Shown piece after piece: positions 29,743 to 38,244 of a DNA stretch of 64,000 nucleotides (position 1 is the first letter of the stretch; each line of letters begins with the position of its first letter). A model generated the notes under the pieces. The model was not told the origin of the DNA. It was given only the letters and a program-made list of their open reading frames with translations, and made no database searches. A program made the translations under genes and the position numbers. Source of the DNA: Candidatus Omnitrophota bacterium (GTDB lineage Bacteria; Omnitrophota; Gorgyraeia; Gygaellales; Profunditerraquicolaceae); NCBI GenBank assembly GCA_016208765.1, contig JACQXK010000106.1, positions 20,256 to 84,255 on the forward strand, written 5' to 3'.

Positions 29743-30522
29743 ATGAATATTATTGTTTGTATAAAACAGGTCCCTGAGACGACAGATGTAAGGATCAATC
29801 CTGAAACCAATACTTTGATCCGCGAAGGGGTCAAGTCAATTATAAACCCTTTTGATATGTATGCTATTGAAGAGGGCCTTCGGCTTAAGGAACGTTTTGG
29901 AGGAAAGGTCACGGTTCTTACTATGGGCCCGCCTCAGGCTGATGCTGCATTACGCGAGGCAATTGCTTTGGGGGCAGATGAAGGTATCCTGGTTTGCGAC
30001 CGCGCATTTGCAGGTAGCGATACATGGGCAACGAGCTATACTTTGGCAGGCGCCATAAGAAATATCGGAGCCTTTGATTTAATTATCTGCGGCAAGCAGG
30101 CTTCAGACGGTGACACTGCGCAGGTAGGGCCTGGTATTGCAACTCATTTAAATATTCCGCAGGTAACTTATGTTAAAAAAGTAGAGGACGCTAAGGAAAA
30201 ACTGTTAAAATTAGAGCGCATGCTTGAAGAAGGCTATGAGGTTATAGAGCTTCCTTTACCAGGATTAATTACAGTTGTTAAGGAAATTAATGAGCCGCGT
30301 TTGCCTTCTTTAAAAGGCATGATGCGTTCAAAACAGGCACAGATCATTCATTGGGGCCAGAAAGAATTAAACCTTGATGCTCAGCAAATTGGACTGTGTG
30401 GTTCTCCTACGCAGGTTGTAAAGATTTTTACTCCTCCACAGAGAACCGGCGGGCAGATGTTAAGTGGAGAAATGCCAGAAGTAGTTAACAAATTAGCAGA
30501 ATTATTAAGAAGTGAACTTTAA
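29743..30522 (+). CDS. etfB: Electron transfer flavoprotein beta subunit
   Basis: CIKQVP, INPFD, MGPPQA, GSDTWAT, DGDTAQVGP. Confidence 0.95.
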   Translation: MNIIVCIKQVPETTDVRINPETNTLIREGVKSIINPFDMYAIEEGLRLKERFGGKVTVLTMGPPQADAALREAIALGADEGILVCDRAFAGSDTWATSYTLAGAIRNIGAFDLIICGKQASDGDTAQVGPGIATHLNIPQVTYVKKVEDAKEKLLKLERMLEEGYEVIELPLPGLITVVKEINEPRLPSLKGMMRSKQAQIIHWGQKELNLDAQQIGLCGSPTQVVKIFTPPQRTGGQMLSGEMPEVVNKLAELLRSEL

Positions 30523-30555
30523 CTCAATAACCCAAGCAACCCAAGTAACCCAAAT
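30521..30555 (+). repeat. 9-nt tandem micro-repeat, AACCCAA(G/A)(C/T) x3 plus one degenerate unit
   Basis: aactcaat aacccaagc aacccaagt aacccaaat fills the whole etfB-etfA spacer. Confidence 0.7.
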
Positions 30556-31758
30556 ATGCCAATTCAAATTATCATAGAAAAATGTACCGGTTGTTCATTA
30601 TGCGTTAAAGCTTGTCCTTTTGATGCCATAAGGATTATGGAGAAAAAGGCATTGATTGATTTAAATAAGTGCACTATTTGCGGCGCTTGCGCATCAGCCT
30701 GTAAATTTAAGGCAGTATTGATTGAAAAAACTCCTCTTAAATGCGATCTTCCTGATATAAAGGGTTATAAAGACATATGGGTGTTTATTGAGCAGAAAAA
30801 CGGTAAGATCCAGTCTGTTTCTTACGAGTTATTGGCTAAAGCACATGAGCTTTCAAAGAAGCTTAATTGTGAAGTAAGTGGCGTTTTAATCGGGTTTAAT
30901 TTAGACGACCAGCTTGATGAGATTATCTGGCGCGGAGCAGATAATATTTATTTAGTGCAGGCTCCTGAAATCTCTAATTTTCAGGATGAACCGTATACAA
31001 ATATCTTAGTTGAATTAATCAAAAAATATAAGCCTGAGATTTTACTCTGCGGAGCAAGCGCAATTGGCAGGTCTTTAATTTCGCGGGTGGCGATTAAGTT
31101 AAAGGCCGGGCTTACCGCAGATTGCACAGGGCTTGATATTGACCCGGAGAAGAAAATTCTTTTACAGACCCGCCCTGCTTTTGGCGGAAATATTATGGCT
31201 ACTATTATTTCCCCTAATTACCGTCCGCAGATGGCCACAGTCAGGCATAAAGTAATGCAGCCAATGGAGCCTGACAAGAAAAGAAAAGGCAAGGTTATTA
31301 AAGAATCTTTTAGCCCTGATGTTTATGCCTCGCGCACAAAACTCTTAGATATTGTTGAGGAGATTGAAACACTGGTGAATATCTCTGAAGCAGATATTAT
31401 TGTTTCTGGAGGCCGTGGCATGGGTGCACCTGAGAATTTTAAACTTTTAGAGGAGCTTGCCCATGTGTTGGGGGGAGCGGTTGGTGCTTCTCGTGCAGCA
31501 GTTGATTCAAATTGGATGCCATATTCGCATCAGGTAGGGCAAACCGGGCGCACAGTTGCCCCAAAAATTTATATTGCTTGTGGTATTTCCGGACAGATTC
31601 AGCACCTTGTAGGCATGCAATCTTCAAAAATTATCGTTGCTATAAACAAAGACCCCGAAGCGCCCATCTTTAAAGTCGCTACTTATGGAATTGTTGGCGA
31701 TGTTCTTCAAATTGTTCCTGCGATTACTAAGAAATTCAAAGAAGTCTTAAGAAAATAA
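30556..31758 (+). CDS. etfA: Electron transfer flavoprotein alpha subunit with N-terminal 2x[4Fe-4S] ferredoxin domain
   Basis: CxxCxxCxxxCP and CxxCxxCxxxC at the N-terminus; GLTADCT, RPAFGGN, QVGQTG, GISGQIQH. Confidence 0.95.
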   Translation: MPIQIIIEKCTGCSLCVKACPFDAIRIMEKKALIDLNKCTICGACASACKFKAVLIEKTPLKCDLPDIKGYKDIWVFIEQKNGKIQSVSYELLAKAHELSKKLNCEVSGVLIGFNLDDQLDEIIWRGADNIYLVQAPEISNFQDEPYTNILVELIKKYKPEILLCGASAIGRSLISRVAIKLKAGLTADCTGLDIDPEKKILLQTRPAFGGNIMATIISPNYRPQMATVRHKVMQPMEPDKKRKGKVIKESFSPDVYASRTKLLDIVEEIETLVNISEADIIVSGGRGMGAPENFKLLEELAHVLGGAVGASRAAVDSNWMPYSHQVGQTGRTVAPKIYIACGISGQIQHLVGMQSSKIIVAINKDPEAPIFKVATYGIVGDVLQIVPAITKKFKEVLRK

Positions 31759-31816
31759 GGGATATTTTAGTGGTTTTTCAAGTGGTAAGCATTTTGTTTG
31801 CCTGAGTTTAAATTAC

Positions 31817-31844
31817 TTGCATTAAGCTTTAATAATGATAAAAT
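31817..31844 (+). promoter_or_regulatory. Sigma70-type promoter upstream of the exported fibre-like protein and smc
   Basis: TTGCAT-16 nt-TAAAAT with extended -10 TG; AGGAG Shine-Dalgarno before ATG 31864. Confidence 0.5.
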
Positions 31845-31863
31845 GCAGATGAGGAGAGGTAAA

Positions 31864-32565
31864 ATGAAAAAAATTCTTTATTTATTTGTTTTTTTATCTT
31901 TTGTATGGATAGGTATTTGTTTCTCGCAGACACCACAAAATACAGAGCAGCTGACAATTACGACATATTATCCTTCTCCCCATGGCTCGTATAGCGAGCT
32001 TAGTGTAGCAAGCAAGCTTTCAGTAGGAGATGTTAATGGCGACGGACAGGTAAATTCCAGTGATTTAGGAAGTACTGCTGGCAGTTTTGTTGCCAAACAA
32101 ATCGGTGTTGGAACTACTGCTCCGCAGTCAGCCTTGGATGTTAATGGCGGGATTAAAGTGGGAAATGATACCATTTGCAATGCTTCTAAGGCAGGAACAA
32201 TGAGGTATAATTCTGCTAATAAGCAAATAGAATATTGTAATGGGAGTAGTTACGGTAATGTAGCAGGTGATGTAGGGCAAATTTATACCGGTACAGTTTC
32301 TTTTTATAACACTTGGCCTCTTCCTGGAAAGCCTGCCAAGGTAACTTTCCCAAAACCGTATTCTAAAGTGCCAACTGTTATTATTATAAAAACCAGCAGC
32401 CCAACCGCTTCAGCCTCTATTACCAATATTACTGTTAATGATTTTACTGTTAGCGGTAGTTCAACCAGCGGGATGGCGTTTACAGTTACCTGGATATCTT
32501 TTCCGGTAACTTTAAAAGCAGCAGATGTTTCAGGTTCTTTTTCTTATAACTACGCAGGGCCTTAA
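31864..32565 (+). CDS. Exported mosaic protein (TYYPSP motif, dockerin-like Ca loop, fibre-type repeat, lectin-like C-terminus)
   Basis: Signal peptide MKKILYLF...CFS; TITTYYPSPHGSY; GDVNGDGQVNSSD; IGVGTTAPQSALDVNG; C...GTMRYN...YCNG; VTFPKPYSKVPTV. Confidence 0.65.
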   Translation: MKKILYLFVFLSFVWIGICFSQTPQNTEQLTITTYYPSPHGSYSELSVASKLSVGDVNGDGQVNSSDLGSTAGSFVAKQIGVGTTAPQSALDVNGGIKVGNDTICNASKAGTMRYNSANKQIEYCNGSSYGNVAGDVGQIYTGTVSFYNTWPLPGKPAKVTFPKPYSKVPTVIIIKTSSPTASASITNITVNDFTVSGSSTSGMAFTVTWISFPVTLKAADVSGSFSYNYAGP

Positions 32566-32580
32566 TTATAAAAGATAAAT

Positions 32581-35500
32581 ATGTATTTTAAACGTCTTGA
32601 ATTAGTCGGATTTAAATCATTTTTTGATAAAACAACTCTCCATTTTGAACCCGGGATCACTGCTGTCGTCGGGCCAAACGGATGCGGGAAAAGTAATATC
32701 TTTGACAGTATCCGCTGGGTTTTGGGCGAGCAATCGGCAAAATCCCTGCGTGGCTCAGATATGCAGGATGTTATTTTTAACGGCACAGATAATAAAGATG
32801 CTCTGGGTATGGCGGAGGTTACGCTGGCCTTTGATAATAGAAGCAGGTTTTTTGGTTTTGATCACGATGAAGTTGCGATTACCCGTAGGCTTTTCCGTTC
32901 AGGGGAAAGCGAGTATCTACTTAATAAAAATACAGTACGATTAAAGGACATATCTGATCTTTTGCTTGGGACGGGTGTGGGCGCTGAAAGTTATTCTATT
33001 GTTGCCCAGGGCAAGATTGACTTAGTGCTTAGTTCAAAGCCCGAAGAGCGCCGCATGGTTTTTGATGAGGCAAGCGGTATCACAAAATATAAGGCCCAGA
33101 AAAGAGAGACCGCGCGAAAGCTTGAGGAAACAGAACAGAATCTTTTGCGTGTAAATGATATCATTGCCGAGGTGAAGCGCCAGATTGGAAGCCTTGAGCG
33201 CCAGGCCAATAAGGCCCGTAAATATAAAGAAGCCTTTGAGGAACTAAAGATAAAAGAGGTTAATCAGGCTGTCCTTCAGAAAAAAGAGTTGATTCAGAAA
33301 AAGGATGAAATTATCAATCAGCTTAAAGAGATGGAAATTAAAGAAACTGAGTTGCTTGATTTAATCCGCAAACAGGAAGAAAGCATCTCTGTTCGCCAGG
33401 CGGAATTAAGAAGCCTTGAAGACAGCATGATGGAAGTGAAAAATCAGGTTTTAAACCTGGATAATTTAATTGTGCGTAATAATGAGCACGTTAGTTTTAA
33501 CAAACAAAGATTAATAGAATTAGATTCAAACAGGAGTTTTCTTGAAAACCAGATAGAAGAAGTACGTGTAAAAATTGTTTCAGACGAGGAAAATCTTAAT
33601 AATGTCAGGCAGGAGTATGAAGGCTTAAGAAAGAATATTGAGGAAAAATCTCAAGTTTTAACTCAAAGAGAAGCGGAGATCAATAGTTTAGCCAGTGCCA
33701 TTAAAGCTTCATTAGATACTATCGCTGATACAAAGCGCCAGATTATGGACCTGGCTTCAAAAATATCGGGTACAAAAAATCAGATTGCCGATTTCACCAA
33801 TAAGCTTCATGTTTTTGTTGCGCGTAAAAAGAGGCTTGAGACTGAAAAAGTAAAAGTTTATGAGGAGAAGGCAGTTACGCAGGAGAATTTATCCAACATT
33901 ACAAAGGAAGTTGAAAATATTAAAAGCGCAGTAAACCAGATCAATGAAAAAATAAGTAGTTTAAAAAATCAGTTACAGCAGGAAAATGCCTTTTTATCTG
34001 GAGTAAATATTGATATTGATAATCTTGAAAAACAACGCCTTTCTCTTGAGTCGCACAAGGAGTTTCTTCTAAAATTAAAAACTAAGTATGAGGATATCAG
34101 CGAGTCAATGAACGCTGTGATATACCTGGATAAGCCTCCGCAGGAGAATATGAGCGGACTGGTTATTAAAATCAAGGAATATTCCAGCTTAAACGAAGAA
34201 GATTCGGCTCGCCTTGGGATTAGCGGCCTGAAGATTTCTGGTGAGGCCAAGCCGATTGAGCTTGATACGCAGAAAATAGACGATAAAATCGCGAAGATCC
34301 GGGAAATATTAGAAGCAAATAAAGGCCAGAAAAAAGCAAAGGAAACGCAAATTGAGGAATTGAACAATGCGCTTAATCTGCTTCTTTGCGAGTTGCGCAA
34401 TCAGGAGTTAGCTTTGGCTAACAAGGAAAGTTCCTGCTCAACGATTACTGAGCAATTTAGCAAAATTAATCAGGAAGAGGACATAATTGTTATTGAGCTT
34501 AACGATGTGAATAGAGAAGTTTCCGTCATTGAATCAAATATGCTTTCTTTTGAAGGTGTTCTCACCGGATTAAATAACGAGCAAAAGAAATGCGAAGATT
34601 CAATCCAACAGGAAGAAAGCAATATTTCTTTAAATAGCAAATTATGAGAAGATGTCTTAGTGGTTATTACCCAGACTAAAACAGAGTTAGAAGGTTTGAA
34701 CAGCCGCCTGGTTACTGATGAAGAGACATTAAAGATCCTTGAGGATACTTATCGCCGGGAAAAAGAAAGCCTGGAAAATATAGATAAGCAGATTAAGGAT
34801 TCAATTGCGAAGAAAAGCCTGATGGAGCAGGAAATCAGCGAATGCGAAGAAAATGTGCTTAGGTTTAATGCCCAGGTCTTAGAGCAGAATAACTCTTTAA
34901 AAGACCTTGACGGAAAATACCGCGAAATTTCTCTTGGTTCAAGCGATGCAGTAAAACAAATTGAGGCTGACAGAAAGTCCCTTGATGAGATTAAAAATAA
35001 CCTCTACGAATTACAGATGCAGGATAAGGATGTTGATTATAAATACGCTACCCTTAAAGACCGTTTAATTCAGGCATATAAAACAGATCTTGATTCTTGC
35101 GCTGATTTACCGGCAGATTTTGACGCATCAGCGCTTTCCGGTGAAATTAATGTTTTAAAACAAAGGCTTGATTCTTACGGTAATGTGAATTTAGTTGCTA
35201 TTGAAGAATACGATGAATTAAAACAACGTTATGACTTTCTGGTCCAGCAGATGAATGACCTGACTACTTCAAAGGATGCCCTGCATCAGGCTATTTTAAA
35301 GATAAATCGCACCACAAAGCAAATGTTTGTGGAGACTTTTGAGAAAGTCAAAGAAGAGTTCCGTAATTATTTTCGCATGCTTTTTAATGGCGGAGATGCG
35401 CAATTGTTCCTGACGGATGAAAGCGATCCTTTGGAATCGGGAATTGAAATTATCTGCCGTCCTCCGGGGAAAAAGCTGCAAAATGTGCTGCTTTTGTCAG

Positions 35501-35823
35501 GAGGAGAGAAGTCTATGTCGGCAATTGCGTTAATATTTGCGATTTTTAAGGTGAAGCCGTCGCCATTTTGTATTTTGGATGAGATTGATGCCGCACTTGA
35601 CGAGGCAAATGTTGACCGTTTCAGCCGTATGCTTCAGCAGTTTGTAAAAACAAGCCAGTTTATTGTGATCACCCATAACAAGCGCACGATCGCAAATGCC
35701 AATGTAATGTATGGAATTACTATGGAGCAGTCTGGTGTGTCAAAGATTGTTTCAGTGAAATTCGCCGAGAATAAAGAAAATAAAGAAGCCCAGCCTCAAC
35801 AACCTGCCGTCACCCAAAATTAA
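32581..35823 (+). CDS. smc: Chromosome segregation protein SMC with reduced hinge, interrupted by one in-frame TGA at 34645-34647
   Basis: GFKSF, GPNGCGKSN, QGKID, long coiled coils, LSGGEKS, LDEIDAALD, ITHNK; both ORF halves share one frame (NSKL*EDVLVV). Confidence 0.88.
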
Positions 35824-36987
35824 TTAACAACAAGTATTGTTTTTACCTTTGTTTTTAGCTTCGTAAAGAGATTTGTCTGAAGCTTTTATCAGCTCTGAAG
35901 GAGTGGCTCCGTCCTGAGGAAAAGTAGAGATACCCATGCTTACGGTTAGTTTTTTCTGTGGCAGGATTTCTTCGTGGATAAAGGGGTGCCTCTCAATATC
36001 TTTTCTAAGGCGTTCTGCGATAGAAAATGCTTCTTCTTTATCAGTTTGAGGAAGAATGATCGTCAGTTCCTCGCCTCCATAACGGCAGACATGGTCCATA
36101 TTGCGGGAAAGATTTCTTAAGATGCTGGCTAATTCTTTTAATATTGTATCGCCTGACTGATGGCCTAATGTGTCATTGTAAACTTTGAAATCATCTATAT
36201 CCAACATGATCAGGCTTAATGTTTGGGTTGTTGCCCGCGATTTTTCCACTTCAACTTGCAGTAAATACTGGAAATATCCGTGGTTCCAAAGTTCAGTTAA
36301 ATAATCAGAGTGCGCGCGGATAACAGTCTTTTCATAAAGTTGGGAGTTTTCAATGGCAAGCCCGGCTTGGTTTGCAAGCATGGTCAGCATACGGATGTCG
36401 TCTTTTGTAATTGGTTTTCGGGTGATAAAATTATCTGCTAAAATCAGCCCATTGACCCTGTCTTTTGCTTTAAGTGGGACAACTACTAATTCATCAGTCT
36501 TTAAAATATGAATAACCGGGTCATGCAAGTAGTTTTCCATGGTTTCTTTGGTTAAATGCAGGGGCATTCCGTCTAAAACACCTAAGGCTAATAAACCTCC
36601 ATTTCTCTCCCTGAGAGGAAGCTTCATGTGCCTGATCTGGCGGTTAAACCCGGTTTCTGTGGCGTAGTTTGAGACCTTGTGCGCATTGATTAAGTCGTCA
36701 AGATTCATCTTTTCCTGTTCAATCTGTTTCCATATTCTATTGGCTTCTTCGCCGGTATCAGGAGCAATCGCAATTTTTCCTTCAATTAAACCATCTCTCT
36801 CGTTTACCAGAAATAATAACGCACGGTTAAAACCAAGCCCTGTGTGGGCAGTAACTCCGGTAAGAATGATATAGAGGATCTCGTCCAATTTTAACGTGGT
36901 GCGCATGGCATTGGAGATCTCATAAAGTATCCCCAATTCCATCTTAGTGCGCTCCAACTCTTTTTTAAGCTTATTTATCTCTTCCAT
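35824..36987 (-). CDS. GAF-domain diguanylate cyclase
   Basis: GAF domain (LANQAGLAIEN), DIDDFK, NDTLGH, RxxD I-site (RNMD), GGEEL; start moved to MEEINK because the annotated upstream extension covers the promoter. Confidence 0.9.
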   Translation of the reverse strand: MEEINKLKKELERTKMELGILYEISNAMRTTLKLDEILYIILTGVTAHTGLGFNRALLFLVNERDGLIEGKIAIAPDTGEEANRIWKQIEQEKMNLDDLINAHKVSNYATETGFNRQIRHMKLPLRERNGGLLALGVLDGMPLHLTKETMENYLHDPVIHILKTDELVVVPLKAKDRVNGLILADNFITRKPITKDDIRMLTMLANQAGLAIENSQLYEKTVIRAHSDYLTELWNHGYFQYLLQVEVEKSRATTQTLSLIMLDIDDFKVYNDTLGHQSGDTILKELASILRNLSRNMDHVCRYGGEELTIILPQTDKEEAFSIAERLRKDIERHPFIHEEILPQKKLTVSMGISTFPQDGATPSELIKASDKSLYEAKNKGKNNTCC

Positions 36988-36996
36988 ATTGGGTAA

Positions 36997-37025
36997 AATA
37001 TAACATATTTTATGCCAAGTGTCAA
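36997..37025 (-). promoter_or_regulatory. Sigma70-type promoter of the diguanylate cyclase (near-leaderless)
   Basis: Minus strand TTGACA-17 nt-TATATT with extended TG; ATG lies 9 nt downstream. Confidence 0.7.
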
Positions 37026-37137
37026 TCATTGCAAATATTTATGTTAGATTTTGCGGTTTCATGTGTCTATTATAAGTGAGGACATGGCTTAATGAAGCGC
37101 CGGGAGATATGAAAGGAGGTGCTAAGGATTTATTTGT

Positions 37138-37166
37138 TTGACAGGAGAATGATGCTGGGCTATAAT
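37138..37166 (+). promoter_or_regulatory. Consensus sigma70 promoter of recA
   Basis: Perfect TTGACA-17 nt-TATAAT. Confidence 0.85.
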
Positions 37167-37206
37167 TATTAACCTTATAATAATAATTACACTGGAGGGT
37201 TTAAAA

Positions 37207-38229
37207 ATGGTAATAGAAAAGAAAAAAGAGGAAACAAAAGATTTTACTGAGCGTCACAAGGCGCTGGAATTAGCTCTTTCCCAAATAGAAAAACAGTTTG
37301 GAAAAGGCTCAATTATGAAACTCGGAGGAGATGTCAAGGTTCATGTTGATACAATTTCAACTGGAGCGCTTACCTTGGATATAGCTTTGGGTGTTGGCGG
37401 CCTGCCACGGGGCAGGGTGATTGAGATTTTTGGCCCTGAGGCAAGCGGAAAGACAACTTTAACCTTAACCGCGATAAGAGAAAACCAGAGAAAAGGCGGG
37501 GTAGCTGCATTTATTGATGCTGAGCATGCTTTTGATTCAACCTATGCCAAGGTAATCGGTGTAAACTTGGATGATTTGCTAATTTCACAGCCGGATACCG
37601 GAGAGCAGGCACTGGAAATCGCAGAAACGCTTGTGCGCTCTAATGCAGTGGATCTGGTAGTCATTGATTCTGTGGCAGCCTTAACTCCCCGCGCAGAGAT
37701 TGAAGGGGAGATGGGTGATTCGCATGTTGGCTTGCAGGCGCGCTTAATGTCGCAGGCGCTTAGAAAATTGACCGCTGCAATCAGCAAATCGCGCACTTGT
37801 GTTATTTTTATTAACCAGATCCGCGAGAAAATCGGTGTTATGTTCGGTTCTCCTGAGACAACGCCCGGCGGCCGCGCGCTTAAATTCTATTCTTCTGTGA
37901 GACTTGATGTAAGAAGAATAGCTACTCTCAAAGAAGCTGATACGGTCATTGGAGGAAGGGTAAGGGTAAGAGTAGTAAAAAATAAAGTTGCACCTCCGTT
38001 TAGAGAGGGAGAATTTGACATTTTGCACAATGAAGGTATTTCTAAGACGGGCTCAGTTATTGATGCGGCAGTGAATGCAGAGGTAATTACTAAAAGCGGC
38101 ACCTGGCTTTCTTTTGGCAATGAAAAATTGGGCCAAGGAAGAGATGCTGCGATAAAATCCTTAAAAGAAAAACCTAAGCTATCTGAAGAAATTGAAAAAG
38201 AAGTAAAGAAAAAGGTTAGTTTAATTTAA
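37207..38229 (+). CDS. recA: Recombinase A
   Basis: [46 protein letters not shown]. Confidence 0.98.
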   Translation: MVIEKKKEETKDFTERHKALELALSQIEKQFGKGSIMKLGGDVKVHVDTISTGALTLDIALGVGGLPRGRVIEIFGPEASGKTTLTLTAIRENQRKGGVAAFIDAEHAFDSTYAKVIGVNLDDLLISQPDTGEQALEIAETLVRSNAVDLVVIDSVAALTPRAEIEGEMGDSHVGLQARLMSQALRKLTAAISKSRTCVIFINQIREKIGVMFGSPETTPGGRALKFYSSVRLDVRRIATLKEADTVIGGRVRVRVVKNKVAPPFREGEFDILHNEGISKTGSVIDAAVNAEVITKSGTWLSFGNEKLGQGRDAAIKSLKEKPKLSEEIEKEVKKKVSLI

Positions 38230-38244
38230 GGGAGGGATTGGCAA

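Noticed and set aside
31864-32565. Prophage tail-fibre gene
   Set aside because: It has a Sec-type signal peptide, and no integrase, capsid, terminase or other phage gene lies nearby.
34645-34690. Selenocysteine or genome-wide UGA reassignment as the explanation for the smc TGA
   Set aside because: The site is in a coiled coil with no Cys expected and no convincing SECIS. TGA ends many genes here, often in ATGA overlaps. TGG encodes Trp throughout, and the other interruption is TAA.
36988-37029. N-terminal extensions in the ORF track (GGDEF from 37029; also starts 4610, 12522, 31798, 39656, 47304, 47645, 53915, 58344)
   Set aside because: They overlap promoters or upstream genes; downstream starts fit Shine-Dalgarno or coupling signals better.
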